A stretch of 64,000 nucleotides of DNA, from the IMG/VR virus record IMGVR_UViG_3300033149_003588, positions 1 through 64,000 of that record. The stretch is one strand, 5' to 3'. Both the position numbers and the translations under genes were made by a program. Positions 41,301-50,201 of this stretch are shown piece by piece (position 1 is the stretch's first letter; each line of letters begins with the position of its first letter). The notes beneath the pieces were generated by a model, which saw nothing but the letters and a program-made list of their open reading frames with translations, had not been told where the DNA came from and searched no databases. The stretch comes from a virus.

Positions 41301-43454
41301 ATCTAGAAACCCTCGCAAATGCGCAGACATGTCACTAACGCGCATCCCCATCTTAGTAAATATATCATTAATACTTTCAGCCTCAGTTTTTATAGATTTT
41401 ACATAATCCCTGTATTCTTTCGTTCCCTTCGTCGGCATGGGCTTAGATAATAATTCTTGTATTTTTTTAGTATGCTCCATTGCCTCATCTAAACCCTCTG
41501 GCATCATATCAAGTCTCTCATACATAGAACCAAATAATCTACTTAATACTTCCGGAGCACCCTCAGCACCTAAAACCTTGCCAAATATACCACCGGCAGC
41601 TGTAATCTTATCTTGTAAAGCAGTAATCTCTTTCATGTAGTCCTGGGGGGTACCACCCATAAATGCTGCTATCTGTTCTTTATTAACTGGCATAAACCTG
41701 CCGGTAAGTGTCATACCCAATTGAGATCTAAGTTTTTTACCCCTTGCAAAATTAATGATACCCTGCCATCCTCCTACAAAGCCACTCTTAATACCCTTAG
41801 CAACACCTCCAGCAATTTCTCTAGTGAGCCCCCATGTCACACGATTAACAAAATCACTATATAAATCGGGACCCAAAAGTCTAGACATCTTTGTACCTTC
41901 ACGGAATAACCTAGACTCACCTAATGGTCTGGGTTTTCTTTTAAATATGGTATCCCAGAATCTGGGCATCTCACTTACTTCGGCCATCATACCACGTATA
42001 GCAGGTTCGGCAGATCTAATGTACTCAGCACCCATATGCTCCATACCAATACCACCAGCTATCTTGGCAATTCTGCTTAATGTTGTCTTATCAATTTTCC
42101 CCTTAAATCCCTTCTTAGCAACATCATACATGGACCTTCTATAATTCATTAGTGCATCATAGGTCTCAGCTTCTGCAGATATCTCAAGTTGTTGTTCCAA
42201 GAACGCCCCAATAGCAGCACCCCTGCCACCAACAGTTGGTCCGCCCCGACCAGCACCAGTAAGAAAACCACGTCCTAGCCCCGCAAGTGTCGGTGACATT
42301 CTACCAAGACCAGACAATGCAATCTTAAGCTTATCAGTAGCAGCAGTCCATTTTTCTACACCAAATACAGCAGTCCCCATATAATTAGTTAAACGAGCCA
42401 TAAATGCCAAAAATCCCACAAGCATAACACCCTTCAAAAGCATTGTAAATCCCTTTAACGGCGAAATTAATAATCCAAGAGCAATTACAATACTAAACAA
42501 TATACTCTGTAGTTTAACAAGCCATTTTATCACTAATTGCATCATAGGAGACGAAACGATTTCGTATAAAAGTTCCCATAATTTAGATAAATTATTATAT
42601 AAATCCTGGAATCCTGGAGCAGCTGCTGCACCTATGGACTGGATTATTTTTTCACGAATACGACTAAATCTTTCCCATCCAAGTAGATTCTCTTCCAACA
42701 ACATAGATTGTATGCCTTGATATGATAATCCTTGTTTAACCATCTCATTAAATACCGCTTGTTCTTTGGCAGTATTATCTAATTCCCTAGCGGTCTTCCC
42801 AAGCCTTCGTGCCGCAGAATTAAGTACCTGATCTAATCTAAAGTTTACACCGATATTATCTAATATATTAGGATTTAACTGACGGAATCCACGTGACACT
42901 AATTGTATAGCATCATTAAAATCATATCCCATAACTCTGCTACCATCTTTGACTTGTTTAATAAATGTTTCTATCTGTTCAGTAGACAATGATGTACCAA
43001 GCAATCTCATAGTACCCTGCATTAAATCCATCTTCTTGGTAGTAGCGTCAACATTGCGCTCGATCATCGATAGAATGCTAGACACATTTCTACCAGTAGT
43101 CATCGATATATGTTCTATCGATTTTTGCAATACCATCATTTTGCGTGCTCTGCTTTCAGCATAAGCAAAAAAACCGCCCAGAACTCCCTGTAATGTTAGT
43201 ATTTTTCTTTGTAAACGACGTATAGGCCTGATAGTAAATCTTGTAAGTAGTCGATCGAATGATCGGATATCTTGCTTTAAATCATTAGATACACTTCCAA
43301 ATATTTGTCCTAGTTTATGAGCATGTCGCCTGGCATTTTTCTCGTTGCGTAGCATAGCACCACGAGAGGCTATTTCAAGTTCCTCAGCGTAATGTTGCAT
43401 AGCTTCTATACCCTCAGGATATATCGATCCTTCAAATATTTCTCTGCCTGGCAT
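38355..43454 (-). CDS. Tail tape measure protein
   Basis: 1699 aa, helical, ILDNIG motif and a central hydrophobic stretch; follows the chaperone pair. Confidence 0.9.
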   Translation of the reverse strand: MPGREIFEGSIYPEGIEAMQHYAEELEIASRGAMLRNEKNARRHAHKLGQIFGSVSNDLKQDIRSFDRLLTRFTIRPIRRLQRKILTLQGVLGGFFAYAESRARKMMVLQKSIEHISMTTGRNVSSILSMIERNVDATTKKMDLMQGTMRLLGTSLSTEQIETFIKQVKDGSRVMGYDFNDAIQLVSRGFRQLNPNILDNIGVNFRLDQVLNSAARRLGKTARELDNTAKEQAVFNEMVKQGLSYQGIQSMLLEENLLGWERFSRIREKIIQSIGAAAAPGFQDLYNNLSKLWELLYEIVSSPMMQLVIKWLVKLQSILFSIVIALGLLISPLKGFTMLLKGVMLVGFLAFMARLTNYMGTAVFGVEKWTAATDKLKIALSGLGRMSPTLAGLGRGFLTGAGRGGPTVGGRGAAIGAFLEQQLEISAEAETYDALMNYRRSMYDVAKKGFKGKIDKTTLSRIAKIAGGIGMEHMGAEYIRSAEPAIRGMMAEVSEMPRFWDTIFKRKPRPLGESRLFREGTKMSRLLGPDLYSDFVNRVTWGLTREIAGGVAKGIKSGFVGGWQGIINFARGKKLRSQLGMTLTGRFMPVNKEQIAAFMGGTPQDYMKEITALQDKITAAGGIFGKVLGAEGAPEVLSRLFGSMYERLDMMPEGLDEAMEHTKKIQELLSKPMPTKGTKEYRDYVKSIKTEAESINDIFTKMGMRVSDMSAHLRGFLDNIIKNITSASTNYQLMGKYITRLGEGIDTKGFIKIEDTISNIRAMVTDTAFKAIGELSPEFKVGYKALAEAIDDYDKAIEAQRTADDPVKAQEDIRRAAEGVRNKMLELRVATQKSIKPMQEMRAAAKEFLQPISNIVSAWQEVDQMMIHVAKGKGMEYFKRTLGILATGAWGVVKAFNAILWSLGKMVIFMAALRIAFGIWSYYSKKESDTIKKMKEDLAAVKRGFKNAEEEAAVLKKTIGDTKLIPLERRRILMGMTPEEFSKVVAASKVLGKSMDDMYDILIRQERGGIFQGGFNIAEKFKLGFSRFTMQFQGFQREYEQMMEVEPRIVTGTAVNQINILQRALVSLHDVPGISSLRQQETIARTLIALFTYLDLPKQRAQMVKFWRSITSEIKNIQTALSGAKISDWMAALGVDEVIGAIITLKTYKDEIKGIPETIEKLHKDLSRIRERQLEIDAEVEIDEKDAQATYDEFHRAVKDWGRVEFGIDFSERDAKMMADIWESMNKNLRGIDPKLFNYNEAMIAYTSHEVGQIGMGITRRQKANLAMGRELKRIYEEHGQALQNVGTAHGKIGISVAEIVQGYVKYGKQVATIADRQNDVLKHEAERGRLLDEESEKLAEIRAAEESFAEITKKRTEAAKTLANAYNAVLTVVIKTHDTMAEIIGLVRKAKGYITGKLFPGFEDPFYEYETLIMQLEEKRQAFEAIMGTPIKEFATMGDRAREVMEKNIFGDPMLGEHIIERGQSLLSALSEVYERGFELGMPMDDIKRDMLAVADILEITGTTKLGKQAQYLVNLRAVYEDVAKPVIDKMHDATFLLTGAFAQGASVADSLDLAAKHFADVIPGLEKTIGVFQDIFTSEAFKKATEGIKFGEAAEKLSKVIDEATQTIRKQLPPAIGIGREEALNKLNDMPELIHSISEQSESNIELANAVKNLVAQYTNDINITGSAEIILKDERGNQLGATELHITTTNLPISGD

Positions 43455-43881
43455 CCTTCCCTCGATCTTTTAGTATCTTTTTACACAATACAGCCCTAAA
43501 TAAATCTTCTTTGGCTGCAACATTGTATCCATCATATCTTATATTATTATTATCTAGTAATTCTTTGAGCGCTTCAACATCGCCCTCTGGAAACCCAAGT
43601 GTATTCTTAATTAATTGTTTATCTAATCCCCTGAATCCTTTTATTCCAAACGTATCCCTACTGTCACCCTTATTATCTTTTTTATCGTCTTCACTACCAC
43701 CCAACATAGCAATCCAGAATTCGGCCTGTTGTAACTGCTTATTTAAAGAATATACATAAAACGATGTAACCTGGTCAATTGTTAATGCTAATGCTCTATC
43801 TATATCATAATTATACGCATGTATAATCTCTAGAATTATTAAACCTAATATTTGTTTGACAGCAAATAATGTCTGACCCAC
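43432..43881 (-). CDS. Tail assembly chaperone C-terminal (T-like) segment, probably reached by a -1 frameshift
   Basis: The frame is open continuously from the slippery site at 43980-43986. Confidence 0.75.
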   Translation of the reverse strand: MGQTLFAVKQILGLIILEIIHAYNYDIDRALALTIDQVTSFYVYSLNKQLQQAEFWIAMLGGSEDDKKDNKGDSRDTFGIKGFRGLDKQLIKNTLGFPEGDVEALKELLDNNNIRYDGYNVAAKEDLFRAVLCKKILKDRGKDARQRNI

Positions 43882-44375
43882 TAATCCTCTTTGGGGATGT
43901 CGAGATTCGTAATCTTCGGACTTGATATTTGGGGTGTGCCTCGTATTTGTTTGAAAATATCGAAGCCTACACCCAAATCTAAAAAATTTAGTTCATATAC
44001 CACCTTAGCCGCATATATAGCCTCCGAAATAGTTATAGTGCCAACTATCTGATCTGAAGATAAATCTATACCATCATGCTGAGCAAGAATATCACCTATG
44101 TTCTCTTTAATTATATCTATAAAGGTCAATTCTGGGCATTGTGGTATGGTATCTGCTTGTCCATCTTTGGCATCTCTATACCGTGTATAGGCATCCCAAT
44201 AGTCGAATATACTATCAACCATGGCACCAATATTCTTAATCAAATCTAACACTATACCTATTGGAAGTGGTTTAATATAATAAGACTTACCACCAATTAA
44301 TATTTCTGATGCCTCTTTTCTAATATCTTCTAGTGTTATCGTCCCCAATAACTCCTTAATTTTTTCCTTGTCCAT
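43881..44375 (-). CDS. Tail assembly chaperone (G-like)
   Basis: Lies between the tail tube and tape measure; contains T-TTT-TTA near its 3' end. Confidence 0.8.
   Translation of the reverse strand: MDKEKIKELLGTITLEDIRKEASEILIGGKSYYIKPLPIGIVLDLIKNIGAMVDSIFDYWDAYTRYRDAKDGQADTIPQCPELTFIDIIKENIGDILAQHDGIDLSSDQIVGTITISEAIYAAKVVYELNFLDLGVGFDIFKQIRGTPQISSPKITNLDIPKED
43980..43986 (-). promoter_or_regulatory. -1 programmed ribosomal frameshift heptamer T TTT TTA
   Basis: X XXY YYZ in the correct frame; the -1 frame has no stop until it joins the ORF at 43881. Confidence 0.8.
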
Positions 44376-44416
44376 TGTATCTCCTTATCTCATATATTTA
44401 TATACATTTACTAATC

Positions 44417-44524
44417 TTATTTATTAAACAAGACTAGAATAGTTAATACAACCAGCACTATAATCATTAGAGCAAGAAATTGGCTGTCGCCAAGGAATGC
44501 CTTGATTTCCTCATATATTTTCAT
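44417..44524 (-). CDS. Small single-pass membrane protein (35 aa, not in the ORF track)
   Basis: MKIYEEIKAFLGDSQFLALMIIVLVVLTILVLFNK; no clear SD. Confidence 0.45.
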   Translation of the reverse strand: MKIYEEIKAFLGDSQFLALMIIVLVVLTILVLFNK

Positions 44525-44541
44525 ATGTCATCATGTACTAC

Positions 44542-44573
44542 AATGATAATAGGGGACAAACCCTATCATCACT
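44542..44573 (-). terminator. Hairpin after the tail tube gene (terminator or mRNA stabiliser)
   Basis: GTGATGATAGGG-loop-CCCTATTATCAT; weak U-tract. Confidence 0.55.
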
Positions 44574-44583
44574 AATCTAATAA

Positions 44584-45369
44584 TTAACTAGGTGCTTCAA
44601 CCTTTTCAATTGTAATATCATAGGTTACCCAATCTGTTTTGCTCTCTCTTTTTTCAAGGGAAGTGATAATACCAGTAAGACTCTGGGTAACAGGAGTATC
44701 TGCTGGCAACATACTGGTAGCAGTAAGTTTTACTTCTCCGCCAATAGCTATACCAGTGTCAGGTGTAACAGCTTCAATATAAGCAGTTTCTCCACTAACG
44801 CCACTGGGAATCTCACCTTCGAATGTAGCAGTCATGGTCTTGGTTAACCTAACACCTCTAATGCCAACAACCTGAATAAGCGGATCATTATAAACGCCAG
44901 TACCACTAACACGTTCTACTTCATCAACATCCAGTCTCTCAGTATAAGTGGCAGTTGTCATGGGGCCAAGCAGACCATACGCAGGACATGCATCCGAAGT
45001 AAATGCCGTTAATTCGTTAGCAGTGCCACATTCACCGCTAGCATAAAGGGTATATGCAGCTCTAAATTGCACATCGTCTTCTCGATTCCACGTGATTTCT
45101 CGTTCATTTAAGAACCAACTCACAGTGCCAAGAAATTCTGTGGGATCAAATCCTCCAGAAGTAAATGTATCTGTATCCGGGACGCCATCAAGAGCATCAT
45201 ATGTACAATCTGCAGTGATATTGATTTTTTGAACAGCTTCTACATCTTGTACAAGAATATGCTGTGTTGGATCACCAAATTCGTGCCTAAGCACATCAAC
45301 ATTGGCAGACACAGTAAGATCTATAACTCCTCCATCTGTACCAAAGGCTAGGCCATCTATCACGGGCAT
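44584..45369 (-). CDS. Major tail (tube) protein
   Basis: Acidic, T/G-rich, 261 aa with a strong SD; lies between neck genes and chaperones and is followed by a hairpin. Confidence 0.7.
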   Translation of the reverse strand: MPVIDGLAFGTDGGVIDLTVSANVDVLRHEFGDPTQHILVQDVEAVQKINITADCTYDALDGVPDTDTFTSGGFDPTEFLGTVSWFLNEREITWNREDDVQFRAAYTLYASGECGTANELTAFTSDACPAYGLLGPMTTATYTERLDVDEVERVSGTGVYNDPLIQVVGIRGVRLTKTMTATFEGEIPSGVSGETAYIEAVTPDTGIAIGGEVKLTATSMLPADTPVTQSLTGIITSLEKRESKTDWVTYDITIEKVEAPS

Positions 45370-45393
45370 AATAACCTCCTTCTATTATCTATA

Positions 45394-45888
45394 CTACTCT
45401 ATTGAAACAGTTTGACAAAATACCAATCTAACAAGTATGTGACCACACCAACAATTATATCTATCACCTAATCTACCTCTATTTAAAACAGAAAAACCAA
45501 GAGTACCAACAGCATCACCATCTGGTACCGTAGAACCCTCCTCACGCCTAAATCCAGGATATCTATCGTATTCCACAATAACATTGTTAGGATCATCATT
45601 TACAAAAATCTCTGTAACTTTATCTAGAGCTTCATAAAGCGGCCAAATATATCGATATTCTTCTTGCTTCATAAAGACCAAAATATCAAAAGAACTATTA
45701 ATACCCCTATCCTCCCCACTAATAACACCCATATTAATAGACATCCACTTGTTAATCTTGGTCTTGTCAAACTTGGCATCACCCATATCCAATTCCCAAT
45801 CGGGCATATGACTAGATATGATATACCCTAGATTTTCCAATAAATTTCTATAGCTTAACTTATTATTAAGAGCCATGATAATATCCAC
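45394..45888 (-). CDS. Putative tail terminator / completion protein
   Basis: Size and position. Confidence 0.55.
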   Translation of the reverse strand: MDIIMALNNKLSYRNLLENLGYIISSHMPDWELDMGDAKFDKTKINKWMSINMGVISGEDRGINSSFDILVFMKQEEYRYIWPLYEALDKVTEIFVNDDPNNVIVEYDRYPGFRREEGSTVPDGDAVGTLGFSVLNRGRLGDRYNCWCGHILVRLVFCQTVSIE

Positions 45889-45931
45889 ATATAGAACACT
45901 TATTATAATAATACATTGTGAATGTCCTCAT

Positions 45932-46348
45932 CTAATCAAAATCAATGCTACGACAATATGCAACATAATTACCCATAGGACTAGGAACAATCCTATATAT
46001 ACGTAATGTCACAATCGCCTCATCGGACTTTCCGATTAAAATACCTTCTACATCAAGATGCTCACCAACATATATTGCTTCACGCGTGGTAATTAACCAG
46101 TCCCCACTCTGTATTAGTCCTCCGCTCTTATCTATGTCCTCTAAACTAGTAGCGGCTATATCACAATCCATGGTTACACTGGCATCTTCAAATGTGGGTT
46201 CTATTCCAGCAGCAGGATCACCAGCATCAATTATGGTTTTACGCTTTACAATGACTTCTGGATTACCATGAATACTTCGTGATAATTCCCAGACAATGCG
46301 CTCGGCTCTAATTAAATTATTTATTTGTGCCTGTGTAAACCCACTCAA
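45932..46348 (-). CDS. Putative head-closure (stopper) protein
   Basis: GGLIQSGDWLIT motif and position. Confidence 0.55.
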   Translation of the reverse strand: MSGFTQAQINNLIRAERIVWELSRSIHGNPEVIVKRKTIIDAGDPAAGIEPTFEDASVTMDCDIAATSLEDIDKSGGLIQSGDWLITTREAIYVGEHLDVEGILIGKSDEAIVTLRIYRIVPSPMGNYVAYCRSIDFD

Positions 46349-46404
46349 TATATATCCCCATAAATTCCAATATAGTCTTCCATCTTAAACTAGTCTTATA
46401 ATAT

Positions 46405-48180
46405 CTAATCATCAGGCAAAATAATTATATCGTCATCATAATCACCTATCTGCCAATCATCATACCAACGATTCGTTACATCAATACTATGAATATTATC
46501 AAGTAGCTCTCCATACTCCTCAATGTGCCATTCAATAGTGTCAAAGAAATCAACATCACACACTGGCGGGGCATTAGTCCATAGTCCTTTATCTTCCAAT
46601 TTCCCTTGAATATTTCGTTTAAATTTCTTATCATAATAATTGTCAAATATTTGTCTAATACGTCTTAATATTTTAGATGACATTAAACTAGTAATTTGAG
46701 TATTGTCCTCAGTTCCAAATATAGGCACCAGTATATAATTAGATAATACAGCTATTAATGCATATGCTGCGGCTATTTTAATAATCCACAAGACATCGAG
46801 CGAGTCATTATACGTAAGATATATGTCCTCCCAATCAGTAACAATTGCAGCAGCAAAATCTAAAGCATCCAGTAGTGCCCGATCGGTAGTAAAATCAGCA
46901 CATTCACCAAGTTCACGTTTCAACATCATAATCAGCCATGAAGTAGTAACCCTAGTACTTAAGCATGCAGACAATAACAAATCACTAAATGACACAGCAG
47001 AAATGTATAATGTTATATCAGGAGATTCCAACCCTACATTGCCATCAACTCCAAGCGCACTCAATATATCTGGCGCATCATAATATATACGTATCATATC
47101 ACAACCATTATGGGTATCATAATATAATTTACTACCATTATAAACAAAAAGATAGGGAGTATATGTATCTACATCGTATCTTATCTCAAAATCTCTATAC
47201 TGTTCATAATCAGAACCATGATCAGTTTCTACTGTTATGGTTCTTTCTAATTCATCATACGCAGCTATATCCCAATGATAGGGAGGATATTGCCTCCAAT
47301 AAGGAATCGGATAGTTCTGACACGATTGTATATAGCATCCACCTCTATATTGTCTTTTTACCCTACGTAGAGGCATTCCGTCTTCCCTATATCCACCAGG
47401 CCCTAATAAATTCCCCCACGATATGCCAAATCTATATTCATCTGGTGACACCCAACCATAATCGTCATCCCACATTTCCCATTGATCAATAGTATATACT
47501 CTATTACCTGGCACTAATTCTGGATGTAGCTCAATACATCTACGCTCATCAATATCACCGTCAGTGTCAGGGGCAAATATATCACCGCCATCACCCCAAT
47601 CAACACCACCAGCACCACCTCCACCACCCATACCACCTCCTCCAATAGGACACCAATCACCATTACCACCCCCCTCCCAATCTTCTGGACTATTAGGATC
47701 TATATCAATCCAACCACTAAATGTATTATAAAAATGAAATAATATATTAGTATCACTATAGACAGTCTCTGGTTGAATACTTTCAAACTCTACATATATG
47801 TCATGGTGTGATACTGTAAGTGCTATTACTTTATGATAAATATTAACATCATAACAATTAACCGCAGTCGCAGGATAATAGATATTAGCATCATTATAGC
47901 TTAATATGCTTTGGCCAAACTGTACATCTACATCATAATAACCAGGAACACTTACCGGTAAGTAAACATCTATATCATCGTAGCCCTCTATTATATCACA
48001 ATGTGCTTCTATAACAATATCGTGATATACCTCAGTCTGAAAAAATATATCAATACTTGTTTCACTATCATAGCAACACAGGGCAGCAGTTATAGCGGTA
48101 TCACTGTAATCCGTAACCACGTGGATTACATCAACACCGCTAGAATTATGTCCTATTATTATGTGCATGTTTATATACAA
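46405..48180 (-). CDS. Structural protein with N-terminal YxDxD repeats, a Gly-rich linker and a C-terminal adaptor-like domain
   Basis: C-terminus aligns by eye with 48859-49671. Confidence 0.55.
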   Translation of the reverse strand: MYINMHIIIGHNSSGVDVIHVVTDYSDTAITAALCCYDSETSIDIFFQTEVYHDIVIEAHCDIIEGYDDIDVYLPVSVPGYYDVDVQFGQSILSYNDANIYYPATAVNCYDVNIYHKVIALTVSHHDIYVEFESIQPETVYSDTNILFHFYNTFSGWIDIDPNSPEDWEGGGNGDWCPIGGGGMGGGGGAGGVDWGDGGDIFAPDTDGDIDERRCIELHPELVPGNRVYTIDQWEMWDDDYGWVSPDEYRFGISWGNLLGPGGYREDGMPLRRVKRQYRGGCYIQSCQNYPIPYWRQYPPYHWDIAAYDELERTITVETDHGSDYEQYRDFEIRYDVDTYTPYLFVYNGSKLYYDTHNGCDMIRIYYDAPDILSALGVDGNVGLESPDITLYISAVSFSDLLLSACLSTRVTTSWLIMMLKRELGECADFTTDRALLDALDFAAAIVTDWEDIYLTYNDSLDVLWIIKIAAAYALIAVLSNYILVPIFGTEDNTQITSLMSSKILRRIRQIFDNYYDKKFKRNIQGKLEDKGLWTNAPPVCDVDFFDTIEWHIEEYGELLDNIHSIDVTNRWYDDWQIGDYDDDIIILPDD

Positions 48181-48232
48181 ATGGCGCTCATTACAAGCGC
48201 CAATCAGTGTTAGTAAGTACTTTTATAAACTA

Positions 48233-48421
48233 CTATTTGCCCAAGAATTTGGCAGAAATTTGTTTTAATCTTTTTAAATACTTCCTCCATGATTGAGGCA
48301 CGCCACCCATTAATGGATATCTAGAAGGCAACACCTTGGTATTTATACCCACCGAGTGAGGCATTTCAACAGTACTCATTAGCTCTTGAATATGTTCTTT
48401 ATTCACAATAGGTATAATCAT
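48233..48421 (-). CDS. IPI..IQE-leader small basic protein
   Basis: N-terminus MIIPIVNKEHIQE. Confidence 0.75.
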   Translation of the reverse strand: MIIPIVNKEHIQELMSTVEMPHSVGINTKVLPSRYPLMGGVPQSWRKYLKRLKQISAKFLGK

Positions 48422-48747
48422 TTTATATTTCTAATCTGTTTGAGTATATTTTTACCAAGCTTTTTATATGTCTTGCCAAGATTAATACGATGAGCTATCT
48501 TCTGGGTTAATATAGGGATCCTGTTACCCAAATATTTCTGGTGAAACATGGGTTCACTAATACTTTTCCCACTATAAAATCTGCCCAGCATAGTACCTAT
48601 ATATTTCTCTCTATTAGTCCATCTTTTAAGTGGAGATTTTATCACTGCAAGCGCACCAGCCACAGGATCACCACCACCCATATATGTAGCATATCTCCTC
48701 AACGAGCCTGGCAGCCTTTCCTGTATACTCATAATTGGAATAATCAT
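48418..48747 (-). CDS. IPI..IQE-leader small basic protein
   Basis: N-terminus MIIPIMSIQE. Confidence 0.8.
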   Translation of the reverse strand: MIIPIMSIQERLPGSLRRYATYMGGGDPVAGALAVIKSPLKRWTNREKYIGTMLGRFYSGKSISEPMFHQKYLGNRIPILTQKIAHRINLGKTYKKLGKNILKQIRNIK

Positions 48748-48770
48748 AATATTGTTATCATTAGATATAA

Positions 48771-48847
48771 TGGAGGTGTGGGCATCGAAGCCCAGTCCAT
48801 GAATTACCTATATAAGGTCTTAATTCATGTCGAAACCTTTCACCCCC
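48771..48847 (-). ncRNA. Minimal tmRNA-like RNA (tRNA-like domain only)
   Basis: GGGGGTG/CACCTCC-A acceptor stem with G3-U70; stemless D-loop AAAGGTTTCGAC; 8-bp helix ATGAATTA/TAATTCAT; GGAC; T-arm TGGGC-TTCGAT-GCCCA; intergenic. Confidence 0.75.
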
Positions 48848-48858
48848 ATACTTGTATA

Positions 48859-49671
48859 CTATATTGCACTGTACCACCATTTACTATAAGTAGTAACAAG
48901 ATCATCCTCTGTCTCGTGACTACCAATTTTATATTGCGTACTATCTATCCCCGTATCTCTTTCCACATCATATTGTACACTTGTAAAGTCCGCCACCGCT
49001 GATTCTTCTATCTTTCGCCAATATACTACACCATCTATAATCTCACGATACATACGCTGCTGCTCTCTTTCCCAATGAGAATCGAATACCCTTATGGCAT
49101 CCATAATTTTTGTACTTAAATTTCCTGCGCCAATATTTGATCCAGGTTGACTTATACTAGGAATTAATAACCACTGATTTAATATTATCTGATAACAATG
49201 TCTCACGGCTCTATTGGTCAACCAACTTATATCCCACTTATTTAATTCAGATAAATCTGATGGAATTTCTTTAACATCAGCTTCTGAGTGCATAAGGGCA
49301 TCCCCGATTGCAGCACTTGATAATGAATCTGCCAAAGGGCCCAACTGTCTTATAACTCTACCTAATAAACTATTACCCGTGTCCTCTTCTACTATAAATA
49401 TTCTTTCAAATGTGGTATCACCAGCGGTCCATATATCTTTGTATATACCAGCAGTGTTGATTGTTATAGTAATAGTATATTGACCAATTATGACCTCAGT
49501 AATGTCAGAAACATTAAGTGATATATCTGTATATTCTACCCAACCAGTTTCACCATCTAAATGATATATAGCAACATCAGTAAATCCAGGGTTATACAGT
49601 TCACCATCTTGATTATATGTAACCAAAGTTAGAGTTATAGGCTCGTCTATCGTATTATTATAACGACTCAC
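48859..49671 (-). CDS. Putative head-tail adaptor with an N-terminal Ig-like domain
   Basis: GQYT...AGIYKDIW beta domain plus a helical C-terminal domain; position. Confidence 0.55.
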   Translation of the reverse strand: MSRYNNTIDEPITLTLVTYNQDGELYNPGFTDVAIYHLDGETGWVEYTDISLNVSDITEVIIGQYTITITINTAGIYKDIWTAGDTTFERIFIVEEDTGNSLLGRVIRQLGPLADSLSSAAIGDALMHSEADVKEIPSDLSELNKWDISWLTNRAVRHCYQIILNQWLLIPSISQPGSNIGAGNLSTKIMDAIRVFDSHWEREQQRMYREIIDGVVYWRKIEESAVADFTSVQYDVERDTGIDSTQYKIGSHETEDDLVTTYSKWWYSAI

Positions 49672-49704
49672 AGTCCATTCTCCCTAAATCTACATGATAA
49701 CCCA

Positions 49705-49971
49705 TTATAAACGTGGTCTTTTTGCCTTTAAGTATATCTGTCCTATATTTTTATATATTTTCCCAGCATCTGTGCCCACATTTCGAGCTGCCATATAACC
49801 ATAGAATTTCTTCTTCAATAATTTGGCTACATGTGGATTCTTGATATTGCCAAATGACGGAAGTATGAGGGCGTATTTACCACCATACGACGGGCTAGAT
49901 ATTAATTTCCTAAACATACCCATAACAGCAGACGGTGGAGTTTCTTGAATATGTATAATAGGTATCAACAC
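49705..49971 (-). CDS. IPI..IQE-leader small basic protein
   Basis: N-terminus MLIPIIHIQE. Confidence 0.8.
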   Translation of the reverse strand: MLIPIIHIQETPPSAVMGMFRKLISSPSYGGKYALILPSFGNIKNPHVAKLLKKKFYGYMAARNVGTDAGKIYKNIGQIYLKAKRPRL

Positions 49972-50201
49972 TACGACTTCCTCTTCTTACCTAGACCCTT
50001 TCCTTCGCCCTCACCAAAACCGGGACCCTCTTCACACGGCTCAGTGTTCTTATTTCTTCTCAGACCACCAGGCATACCTTTACCCTTGCCTGCTCCGGCC
50101 TTCTGTCCATAAATTACTGATTTTCCTCTACCACGTCTGAATAATCTGGCAAATAGATCACCAATTTTCGTTTCCTGAATTATAATCGGTATTACCATCA
50201 T
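49971..50201 (-). CDS. IPI..IQE-leader small basic Gly-rich protein
   Basis: N-terminus MMVIPIIIQE. Confidence 0.8.
   Translation of the reverse strand: MMVIPIIIQETKIGDLFARLFRRGRGKSVIYGQKAGAGKGKGMPGGLRRNKNTEPCEEGPGFGEGEGKGLGKKRKS

Noticed and set aside
48771-48847. Canonical tRNA gene
   Set aside because: No D-stem and no 5-bp/7-nt anticodon arm; the features match the tmRNA tRNA-like domain instead.
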